DNA of 45,809 bases from a phage, in assembly GCA_024854585.1 (NCBI GenBank), contig GCA_024854585.1_4323.1, one strand, 5' to 3'. The notes under the pieces were generated by a model. That model did not search any database and was not told the origin of the DNA. It was given only the letters and a program-made list of their open reading frames with translations. Position 1 is the stretch's first letter; each line of letters opens with the position of its first letter. This document shows positions 23,908 to 31,972 of the stretch, piece by piece. The translations under genes were made by a program, and so were the position numbers.

Positions 23908-26505
23908 ATGGCAATTTATGACTTAGGAACAGCGTCGCTAGCCGCAAATGGCGAGGTGACTGGGGTCGGAACAACATGGAAAGCACCGCTTACACTGATT
24001 CGTGTAGGTGCAACCATTATTTTTAAAACAAGCCCCCTGAAGATTTACACCATCTCAGAAATCATCAGCGATACGCAGATTAATGTTTATAACCCTAATT
24101 CTGAAACTGTTCCTGCAGGAACTGGTTATGCGATCCTTGCTCACGATGGGATTACCGTTCAGGGTTTAGCTCAGAATGTAGCAGAGACTTTGCGTTACTA
24201 CCAGTCTAAGGAGACATCCATCGAAGGATTGCTGCAATTTATTAGTCAAGACACTTTCGACTGGCCTAGATTCGAGCAACTTGCAAATCAATCCACCACT
24301 GGAGCTGCGGAGGCGCTTGCTAGTCAGGTTGCTGCCGCAGAAAGCGCATCAACTGCCGTTGGTGCTAGCAATAATGCACAGAACTCATACAACAGAACCG
24401 TTGCCGCAATAAATGCAGCCGGGAATACCGCCGCAGTGGCTTACTTTGCAGAACACGGTATAGGAAGCACAACAACTCCACTTTTAACATCTCTTGACTG
24501 GCAGACAATGCAATTTTATTCAGGTGGTAGTTACCAGTGCAGAATTGACAAAATGGTTAACATCCCAGCAGACTTAAGCCTAATGTTCCCGGCGACAAAC
24601 ACTACTATTTGTATTGATGTTCTTGCGACGCGCGGTATTAATGGAAGTAACGTAGTAAGAATTTCTCCCTCTACAACCTCAAACGCAGTTTTTAGGGTTG
24701 CGGAAATTACCTTTACTGGAGCTGCTGGTTCTAGGAATTTTTATGTAAGGGAGTTATTGAGTGTGCCTGGTGGAGATGCATCAAGCGGTGGGTCCAGCGC
24801 ATTAAGGGTTAGAGGTTTGCTTGATGTTTACTCGAAGGGCGAAACCTTTCTGAGGTCTTCCAACCTTAGCGACATCCCAAATAAAGAGGCTGCGAGAATT
24901 AATCTTGACGTTTACTCAAAAGCCGATCTTGGAGGAGTGTCTTCACTATCAAAAATAGGTTCGGCAAACTATAGCGACATAAGGGGTTATTCGGGTTCTG
25001 ATTATTCCATTAGTTGTTACGGAAGAGAGACGATCGCAGATAATGCTTTCGGTATATTCCAGAGAGATGATTCAGACACATCTAGCGAGGACAATGATGG
25101 TACCATTCTTGTTGACGCATTGGATAGAAGATGGAAGAGAAGCTACACGGGTCCAGTTGATGCTAGATGGTTTGGAGTGAAAGCTGACGGTGTAAGTGAT
25201 GACACTGCGGCGGCAAACAGAGCTACATCAACGCTTCAGGATGTTTCTTTTCCTCCAGGTGTAATTTTAACTAGCGGGCCAATACTTTTCGGAACTCAAA
25301 ACATAAGAGGGGCATCAACCTACCCAAATTCAAAATACGGAACAATTATACAATGCTCTGGTGATCATTCTGGATTCGAGCACTTCCCTACCGGATATCA
25401 ACCAGGTGGGTCAATAGCTAACTTTTGGATTAACTATCAGTCTAGTAAGCCAACGACAGACAGTGGTTTTAGTCGTGGCATTGATTTTGGAACCAGAGAT
25501 TCTTTAATTGACCCTCTTGCAGGTGGAGTTACAAACTTTAAGGTTGAGAATGTAATAGTAAGAGGTGCCTACTATGGATTCTACGATGTGACGTCAGCTT
25601 ATTTGATGGAGTATGTTAATTGCTGGGCGTGGGATTGCATTCAGGGCTTTAGGAAAGACTACGGGACAACCGTTAAGTACTCATCGTGCTACTCACTTGA
25701 TTGCTATGCGTCATGGGCGCTAAAGTACTGTCACGTAGCTACTTTGGTGAACTGCGCGTACGATGGCAGCTCTAATTTTGGAAACTTAACGCCGTTTATT
25801 GCAACTCAGTGCCCTGGGTTGACGATAACTGGAATGCAGCATGAATCATCAAAGGTTAATATTAATGGCGGATCAGACTTTGTTCTTATTGACTGCAATT
25901 CAGCAAAGATTTCAGGGTTTTCGATACCGTCATGGAGAAACCAAAACCCGCAAGGACAGGAGGCTTATCTTTTTAGATTCACAAACTCAGACGTTGATAT
26001 TTCAGGAGTCAACTTATCTGGTTTTGTTTCTGGTGGAAGTTCTGATGTTATTAGTGATGGAGCAAACTCTTATGTAGTGCTTGCAAATTCAGGGTCAAAT
26101 GTAAGGGTTAGCGCAAGCAACCTGCCTGTAGTCTCTGGATCGCAGTACTCTTACTCGCTCTCTGCATCCGCTGATAGCAGAATAGATTACACAAGTAACT
26201 GTGATGTTGGCGGGCTTGTTAATGGATCTGTTTTCATTAATGGATTCTCACAGCCTTCATATATTGACTACAATGTTACACTTGCAGCTAATGGTGGAAT
26301 GTCATTTCTAGGAACAGTTAGCGTCCCTGGCGTTAAGTATGGTGATTTCATAAACGTGGATGTTAGTTCCGGTCTTAGTGGTATTGATATATTTGCATCC
26401 AGGGCTGGTGGTGGGACTGGTAGTGTTAACGTATTCTTAGTTAATCACAATACATCTCAAGTTAGCGTGTCTGGTCGGGCTGTAATTAGATTCATGAGGC
26501 CATAA
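23908..26505 (+). CDS. Tailspike / receptor-binding protein with probable right-handed beta-helix (pectate-lyase-like) depolymerase domain; track ORF starts 23878
   Basis: WFGVKADGVSDDTAAANRA matches the FGAxGDGxxDDTxAxxxA signature of pectate-lyase-fold tailspikes; Ser/Gly/Asn-rich repeats. Confidence 0.55.
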   Translation: MAIYDLGTASLAANGEVTGVGTTWKAPLTLIRVGATIIFKTSPLKIYTISEIISDTQINVYNPNSETVPAGTGYAILAHDGITVQGLAQNVAETLRYYQSKETSIEGLLQFISQDTFDWPRFEQLANQSTTGAAEALASQVAAAESASTAVGASNNAQNSYNRTVAAINAAGNTAAVAYFAEHGIGSTTTPLLTSLDWQTMQFYSGGSYQCRIDKMVNIPADLSLMFPATNTTICIDVLATRGINGSNVVRISPSTTSNAVFRVAEITFTGAAGSRNFYVRELLSVPGGDASSGGSSALRVRGLLDVYSKGETFLRSSNLSDIPNKEAARINLDVYSKADLGGVSSLSKIGSANYSDIRGYSGSDYSISCYGRETIADNAFGIFQRDDSDTSSEDNDGTILVDALDRRWKRSYTGPVDARWFGVKADGVSDDTAAANRATSTLQDVSFPPGVILTSGPILFGTQNIRGASTYPNSKYGTIIQCSGDHSGFEHFPTGYQPGGSIANFWINYQSSKPTTDSGFSRGIDFGTRDSLIDPLAGGVTNFKVENVIVRGAYYGFYDVTSAYLMEYVNCWAWDCIQGFRKDYGTTVKYSSCYSLDCYASWALKYCHVATLVNCAYDGSSNFGNLTPFIATQCPGLTITGMQHESSKVNINGGSDFVLIDCNSAKISGFSIPSWRNQNPQGQEAYLFRFTNSDVDISGVNLSGFVSGGSSDVISDGANSYVVLANSGSNVRVSASNLPVVSGSQYSYSLSASADSRIDYTSNCDVGGLVNGSVFINGFSQPSYIDYNVTLAANGGMSFLGTVSVPGVKYGDFINVDVSSGLSGIDIFASRAGGGTGSVNVFLVNHNTSQVSVSGRAVIRFMRP

Positions 26506-26526
26506 AAAAGCCCCGAAAGGGGCTTT
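26505..26526. terminator. Bidirectional terminator aaaaagccccgaaaggggcttt
   Basis: Between convergent tailspike (+) and HNH pseudogene (-). Confidence 0.6.
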
Positions 26527-26534
26527 ATCTTTTA

Positions 26535-27020
26535 TCAGAAGTAAAACAGTTCTGCTTGCTTCCTTGCCTCTAATGCGGACCCAAACGTTTCGAATCGTCC
26601 GAGGTGTATTTTTCGACTGTTTACAGTTATGGATGCGTCATATTTTCCTTTATTAAAATGTACGCCTCTGTAACCTGTTTTATTGTTGACTCTTACACCT
26701 AAATTGCGCATGTTTCCTGTTCTGTCGGTTTTACTGAGGTTGCTGTAGGCATTGTTTTCTCTGTTCCTGTCAATATGGTCAATTTCAATATCACCATTCA
26801 AAGAACCTTCAACGAAAGCAACCGCAAGCCTGTGCGCCTGGAATCTATCTCCGTGGATGTTTATGCCTATTTATCCATGCCTAAGCGAACCGGCCCGCGA
26901 ACCCATCTCTACACGCCGAGATGTGGGAAGAATCCAAGAAAAGATTCCTGATTCTTTATTGTATGATAGGTGACGCATTGCTGCGTCAACCATATCTTTT
27001 GTTATTTCTTTGTATTTCAT
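26535..27020 (-). pseudogene. HNH-AP2 homing endonuclease interrupted by in-frame TAA (at 26871..26873)
   Basis: ATG 27020 reads MKYKEIT...GSLRHG then TAA then IGINIHGDRFQAHRLAVAFVEG...DHIDRNRENN...YRGVHFNKGKYDASITVNSRKIHLGRFETFGSALEARKQA in the same frame. Confidence 0.6.
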
Positions 27021-27023
27021 ACG

Positions 27024-27440
27024 TTAAAATGGAATATCCGAATCAAACTGCTGTTGTGGTTGTGGTTGTCTCTGCTGCTGATGTTGCTGTTGTTGTCTTT
27101 GCTGCTGCTGTTGTACACCATCACCACGCTGACTAAACTCAAGTCGAGGGTTATTCATGTTAATCGTTACGTAAGTCTTACCATCTTTATCACGAACATC
27201 AACAGCCAGGCTTTCAGCGCTAACGCTAACAACTTTACCCTCTTTAAATGCATCGTTGTACCAATCTAACATTGACTCTTTCGCGAAGAAGACTGCGCGG
27301 TAGTTACTATACTGAGTTTGCCCATCTTTATCCTTGTATCGCTCACTTAAGTCAACTGCAAACATTTTCCAGCTACCATTAGCATTCTGACCTTCCTTAG
27401 TGAATGGAGCGCGGCGAATCTGACCAGTAATTACGTGCAT
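27024..27440 (-). CDS. ssb: Single-stranded DNA-binding protein
   Basis: 138 aa; OB-fold-like N-terminal region, Gln-rich linker, C-terminal acidic tail ending DSDIPF. Confidence 0.75.
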   Translation of the reverse strand: MHVITGQIRRAPFTKEGQNANGSWKMFAVDLSERYKDKDGQTQYSNYRAVFFAKESMLDWYNDAFKEGKVVSVSAESLAVDVRDKDGKTYVTINMNNPRLEFSQRGDGVQQQQQRQQQQHQQQRQPQPQQQFDSDIPF

Positions 27441-27479
27441 ATTTTATCTCTCTATCGTTGGGCCGAAGCCCCGTTAAAT

Positions 27480-28130
27480 TCAGAATGTGTCGATTTGTTG
27501 TGATTCTACTTCAATCTTTTCTTCAGGACTACTTTTTTCTGCGACTCTCTTTGGTGTTGCTGGGTTGAAGCCAGTTGCTGCGTTTGCTTCAATCTCTGCT
27601 TTTCGCTCGATAATATGAGGCTCGAAAACCTTCCATCCTGCCGCATCAAGTGATTGCTTAGCATCCTTCCAAACGTTACGAAGCTCATCGAGCGTATTAC
27701 ACTTCTCAAGTTCTCGCTTAAAGTCTTTGACACCCTTGGCTGCCAGATTGCCATCATCATCTGCCTGGCTAAGGCCTAAGGCTGCTGTGATTCCGTAGCG
27801 ACGAGCGTATGTAAGCGCGGATCCGTAACCTTGAGCATCATTCTTACTGATTGGGACTATCATCAAGAAGCTAACCCACTCTCCAGATTCAGCATGAAAC
27901 AGTTTTGTCTCAACCCTCATACGGTTGGTTTGTTCATCATCAAGCACGCTCTGGAACATAACCAAGCCGCACTCATCTAAGCCTGGCTCAACAGCCGCCA
28001 AAACGTCCTCTAAGGTTGCATACTTATTCTTTAAGTGAGAGTTCTGCTTAGACTTTTCAGCCTTCGCAAATAGCGATTTGGCAGTGTGTAGCGCGTTTAA
28101 AATTGATTTGCATGATTCTGAAATTTGCAT
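27480..28130 (-). CDS. Erf-like ssDNA annealing protein
   Basis: 216 aa; KNKYATLEDVLAAVEPGL and GSALTYARRYGITAALGL...DDDGN patterns reminiscent of the ERF family; sits between exonuclease and SSB. Confidence 0.5.
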   Translation of the reverse strand: MQISESCKSILNALHTAKSLFAKAEKSKQNSHLKNKYATLEDVLAAVEPGLDECGLVMFQSVLDDEQTNRMRVETKLFHAESGEWVSFLMIVPISKNDAQGYGSALTYARRYGITAALGLSQADDDGNLAAKGVKDFKRELEKCNTLDELRNVWKDAKQSLDAAGWKVFEPHIIERKAEIEANAATGFNPATPKRVAEKSSPEEKIEVESQQIDTF

Positions 28131-28185
28131 CTTTAACCTCGTTCGTTGTTGATGTGGTAATCATACCCCACTTTTTGATCTTGTC

Positions 28186-28205
28186 TTTAGCAATTCGTGC
28201 TATAT
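28186..28205 (-). promoter_or_regulatory. Palindromic promoter/operator motif copy
   Basis: tttagcaattcgtgctatat overlapping exonuclease stop; TATGAT hexamer and AACGAACGAGG leader before the Erf-like gene ATG. Confidence 0.55.
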
Positions 28206-29168
28206 TTCGTCTCTATACTTCCTCATATCCCACTCAGGAACATCTAAATCAATCTCTGTTGCGCCCATTGCATAACCTGGCCACACATCATTCTCTTTGC
28301 ACTTTTTGTAAGTGGCAAGCGCCTCTAAATACATCCTGCGACCAACCTTCAGTTGCTCTTCTGTAATGTTGTAAAGCATTGGTAGGTAAGGCTCCTCTTT
28401 CTCGATCGCAAGTAGCCTTACTTTTGTTTTTCTTTTTTCATTAAAAGCCCTAACAAAAACATCGTGCTGTAGCGCCATTTTTGCAAGATAACCATGCTTG
28501 AATGCAAGTCTACCAAACTCATGAGGTGATGCGCTGGATGTCGTCTTAAGGTCGGTAATGCACACAACCCCATCAACAACATCTACGTGGTCAATTCGAA
28601 TCTTCACTCCGACGCCGAGAATCTCACCGAAGATTGATAACTCTTTCTGCGCCGTCTCGCTATTCACGATTGCGCTGTACGCTGGTATATTGCAAAGAAC
28701 TTCTCGCATAGACACAACTTTGTCATAGTCTGCCGCGCTAACTAGCTCCTTACACTCTACAAGCGCTTGCGCGCTCTCCTGCTGCTCAATTAGCCATTTA
28801 ACAGGCCAATCCTCACCAGAACGATACATCATCTCTACTAGCTCGCTATACCCCTTCCCGGACGTGCCGGCTACGCCAACTTTTTTAAGCGCTGCCGATA
28901 ATCCGGCTTGGCTTGTAATTAATCCTTCAATCGCGTCAAGGTCTGTAGCTCGAAGGTATTCTTTATCAAACATGTCACCTTCTAGGATGTACGTGTGACT
29001 CAGCGTTCCAAACTTAAGAGCCTTTCTATCATTATTGCGCTGCTTGAACTTCCACTTTGCTGGTGAGCCCTGAATAATCTCGACAAGTGAGCTACCGGAG
29101 ATGTGTTCAGTTTCAGCGTGGTAAGCCTCGTTGCTTAGCTCCTCTCTCGTAAAAACTTTAAAGCTCAT
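28200..29168 (-). CDS. PD-(D/E)xK recombination exonuclease (YqaJ/Cas4-like)
   Basis: 322 aa; ...IRIDHVDVVDGVVCITDLKTT (D...D.K nuclease core); first gene of recombination module. Confidence 0.5.
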   Translation of the reverse strand: MSFKVFTREELSNEAYHAETEHISGSSLVEIIQGSPAKWKFKQRNNDRKALKFGTLSHTYILEGDMFDKEYLRATDLDAIEGLITSQAGLSAALKKVGVAGTSGKGYSELVEMMYRSGEDWPVKWLIEQQESAQALVECKELVSAADYDKVVSMREVLCNIPAYSAIVNSETAQKELSIFGEILGVGVKIRIDHVDVVDGVVCITDLKTTSSASPHEFGRLAFKHGYLAKMALQHDVFVRAFNEKRKTKVRLLAIEKEEPYLPMLYNITEEQLKVGRRMYLEALATYKKCKENDVWPGYAMGATEIDLDVPEWDMRKYRDEI

Positions 29169-29171
29169 ATC

Positions 29172-29366
29172 CTATTCCTTAACCTTAACTACTTTAACAG
29201 ATTTCATATCTTCCTCAGTAAAGTACCCGGTCAGCACATCCCGGGCTTCTTCTTTAGTCTCGAATCTGTCTGCTTCGCTCTTATCTGTTGTGTACCCAGC
29301 TGGGCCGCCAAAGTAGCAGTCTCCGAACAGTGCATTGTTTTTCTCTTTGATAATGTAGTAGGTCAT
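29172..29366 (-). CDS. Hypothetical small protein
   Basis: 64 aa ORF directly upstream of exonuclease. Confidence 0.45.
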   Translation of the reverse strand: MTYYIIKEKNNALFGDCYFGGPAGYTTDKSEADRFETKEEARDVLTGYFTEEDMKSVKVVKVKE

Positions 29367-29673
29367 TTCTGCATCTCTCTATGGTTGATTGCTTTCGATT
29401 AGTTAACTATATAGTCAGCGCCATAGCCAGTCCAATTGGTTTTGCCAATCGTTGATTTAAGTTTACGTGTGAATGCTTGTAATTCCGTGTAGGCATTGCC
29501 ACTTGTTACGTAAAATGGCATCTCAGCCCAGATATAGCTCAATGTAACCATCGTGTATATCGTGTATACCGTTTCTTGCAGAGGGGTGAATTGGTATAGC
29601 TGCCACGCAATACTGTATAAATCCACATGATATTAAAATTATAACCGGAACACTCTATGGAAGTAGTTACATG

Positions 29674-29736
29674 ATATACACAGTAATATATATAATAATA
29701 ATAATAAGAGTAAAAGGTTGATATATATAGATATTT
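29674..29736 (+). repeat. Copy 2 of about 65-bp AT-rich repeat
   Basis: atatacacagtaatatatataataataataataagagtaaaaggttgatatatatag. Confidence 0.7.
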
Positions 29737-29854
29737 TAATGTAACTAATGCGTAAATTGGCGTAACAGCGCGTATATCATTTTTCGCGGATGAGATTGCA
29801 TACATCGAGTTACATCGGTTACGTGTAACTGTGATTTGTGGTGAATTTGGAGAT

Positions 29855-29875
29855 AAATAGCACGATTTGCTAAAG
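29855..29875 (+). promoter_or_regulatory. Motif copy in + orientation (aaatagcacgatttgctaaag)
   Basis: Upstream of 29981..30652. Confidence 0.5.
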
Positions 29876-29980
29876 ACAACTAGCTATCTTTGGGTATATT
29901 TAGGCGCATGGCGGCAATGGTGCTGCTTGGTCTACCGAAAATCGGCAGACCAAAACCAAACGATGGCTAAAATCTGAGAC

Positions 29981-30652
29981 ATGAAAAACATAAGAGAGAC
30001 TAAAATGAACATTGAAGCGTACAAAGAACAGCCAAAAACCATGATGAGCACGAAGGAAATTGCTGAATTGACAGGTAAGCGTCATGATCACGTCGTTCGC
30101 GACACAAAGGAAATGATCAATGAATTGTTACATTATAACTATGCCCCAGATTTGGGTCATGATGATTATCAAGTACTTACGGACAATCGCGGCTATACAT
30201 CTGAGGTTTTACTCAACAAGGAACTCACCGAAACGCTAATCACTGGCTACAGTGTCGTACTTCGCCACAAAGTAATCCGCAGGCTTCATGAGCTTGAGGT
30301 GTTAGTTAAAAAACAAGCAGAAGTGATCAGCCAGATGGTAAGCATTGATGAGTTAAAAGAGGCGCGCATGATGCTTGGTGTGGCTAATGCTCAGAATGCA
30401 CACCTGAGCCAGCGCATTGTTGCAGAGCAAAGAATAAATGAGATTTTACTCATGGATAAGAATACCGATGAAAAACTCGACATGTTGGCTTGTGAGGCTC
30501 GCCAGTGTTGGGTTAGTCGTTCTGATGAGATGGAGGAAAGATTTAAGTATGAATCGCAATGCTTCGCGCTTAAAGAAAAGACGGATGCACTTACCGGATT
30601 AATTGAGAATGAGCTAGGTATTGACATTAAGCTGTTGCTCGAAAAGAAATAG
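29981..30652 (+). CDS. Rha-like phage regulatory protein (possible true start at 30005)
   Basis: N-terminal STKEIAELTGKRHDHVVRD pattern typical of Rha-family regulators; coiled-coil C-terminus. Confidence 0.45.
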   Translation: MKNIRETKMNIEAYKEQPKTMMSTKEIAELTGKRHDHVVRDTKEMINELLHYNYAPDLGHDDYQVLTDNRGYTSEVLLNKELTETLITGYSVVLRHKVIRRLHELEVLVKKQAEVISQMVSIDELKEARMMLGVANAQNAHLSQRIVAEQRINEILLMDKNTDEKLDMLACEARQCWVSRSDEMEERFKYESQCFALKEKTDALTGLIENELGIDIKLLLEKK

Positions 30653-30667
30653 CACTAATTGCTAAAC
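30647..30667 (+). promoter_or_regulatory. Motif copy in + orientation (aaatagcactaattgctaaac)
   Basis: Contains stop of 29981..30652; upstream of lipoprotein gene. Confidence 0.5.
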
Positions 30668-30733
30668 ACTGTTCGCAAGGATGCGATACTATTACCACAT
30701 CGAAACGAAACTTACTTACTAAGGAATACTAAA

Positions 30734-30979
30734 ATGACTAACTTAATCAAATCAGCAATCATCGCAGCAGCAGTAATCATGGCAGTTGGTTGCTCTTCAG
30801 GTCCTCGTCCGGATGGTTGGTGTGCAACTCAAGCAAATGGTGTGTGCGTAGCTAAATGGAAGGGTGGTGTAGTTGTTCCGGCTGGCGAGGTTGATATTCG
30901 CTACGCTGGCATTGAAAGCAAAGCTGGCGGCGGTTACGGAGGTTCTGTTGCAGATCATGGCAGCAAGGAGTGGAAATAA
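30734..30979 (+). CDS. Small lipoprotein, possibly Cor-like superinfection-exclusion protein (track ORF starts 30659)
   Basis: [22 protein letters not shown]: signal peptide with lipobox; about 81 aa; placed next to tail fibre genes. Confidence 0.45.
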   Translation: MTNLIKSAIIAAAVIMAVGCSSGPRPDGWCATQANGVCVAKWKGGVVVPAGEVDIRYAGIESKAGGGYGGSVADHGSKEWK

Positions 30980-31941
30980 TGCCGCAGGGTATATTGATTG
31001 ACCTCAATGACGGAAGACCAGCGATGGAAATAACGGCAGGATTAAGGGCGCCTGCTGTGACTGGTTCAATAAATACCAATGGACTTTCAACCCCAGCAAG
31101 TTCGTGGGATTTTGGATTAACAATGTCTCCTGGCTCTACGGCTTTCTGCCTGCCAACGAAGGCAGTCCACGTTGATGCTTACGATGTTATACCTGAAGTT
31201 TATTACATGAACGGATTCCAAAAGGTTAATGACGGAGTTGGCAGGATAACACTCAGTAACTTCAATGGTGCCAATGGTCGAATAATTGACTTTGCGGGTA
31301 ATTGTTTTGAAATTCTACCAGCATCATCTTCATCAAGCCCAGGGATACTCGTTGAGAACTCAACTGATTTCCTTGCTATATCAAGCAACTCGAGACTAAT
31401 GTCAGCAGCATGGGTTGGAGGCATACAGGTTAACGGGGCGGCATCGCTACCAGTTAGCGGAATACCATTCGGCAAGTGGGATAATCCAAACGTATCACTT
31501 GAATCAGATGGATCAACAATATGGTGTAGGGATATAACCTACGGAGGTACAGATGATGTTGCGGCAAGTACTTATGTTCAGCTGGTGATATTCAGAAATG
31601 AACCACCACCAGCCGGACCAGGACTAACAATGTCGAATAGTTCTGGTCAGATTGTTTTTTCAAGTGTTCGCCGCCCATTTGTTCTTGGTGGATTCATTCA
31701 GATCAATAATGGATACCAGTCAATAAATGGTGGATTCTTTCCGCTGCTTAGATGCGGCGCTACGACTAGAGTTACTGGAGGTTATAACAACTTAAGGTAC
31801 AAAGGGGTCTGCATGTCTGGAGGCTCTGTTAGGGCTGTTCCTGGCTCTGTAATTGGTAACTACTCGACGCAATCAGGCGCTCAGTTTCCTTTCGACACGA
31901 ACATATCAATGGCACTTCCATTTATCCCAAACTTCTACTAA
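30979..31941 (+). CDS. Putative tail fibre / receptor-binding accessory protein
   Basis: 320 aa, Gly/Ser/Asn-rich, beta-rich composition; located between lipoprotein and J-like gene; start coupled to upstream stop. Confidence 0.35.
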   Translation: MPQGILIDLNDGRPAMEITAGLRAPAVTGSINTNGLSTPASSWDFGLTMSPGSTAFCLPTKAVHVDAYDVIPEVYYMNGFQKVNDGVGRITLSNFNGANGRIIDFAGNCFEILPASSSSSPGILVENSTDFLAISSNSRLMSAAWVGGIQVNGAASLPVSGIPFGKWDNPNVSLESDGSTIWCRDITYGGTDDVAASTYVQLVIFRNEPPPAGPGLTMSNSSGQIVFSSVRRPFVLGGFIQINNGYQSINGGFFPLLRCGATTRVTGGYNNLRYKGVCMSGGSVRAVPGSVIGNYSTQSGAQFPFDTNISMALPFIPNFY

Positions 31942-31945
31942 AAGA

Positions 31946-31968
31946 AAAGCCCCAATTAAGGGGCTTTA
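31946..31968. terminator. Bidirectional terminator aaaagccccaattaaggggcttt
   Basis: Between convergent 30979..31941 (+) and J-like gene (-). Confidence 0.6.
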
Positions 31969-31972
31969 TTTA

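Larger units (their letters stand above)
29367..29980. other. ORF-poor AT-rich divergent intergenic region B (candidate origin / regulatory hub)
   Basis: Strand switch; second copy of 65-bp repeat with (ATA)n; direct repeats GTTACATCG x2 and near-palindrome GTTACGTGTAAC; GCGCGTATATC box. Confidence 0.5.

Noticed and set aside
29399-29626. ORF 29399..29626 inside region B as a real gene
   Set aside because: Lies within the repeat-rich non-coding region with no RBS or motif-type promoter; coding status uncertain, so left unannotated.
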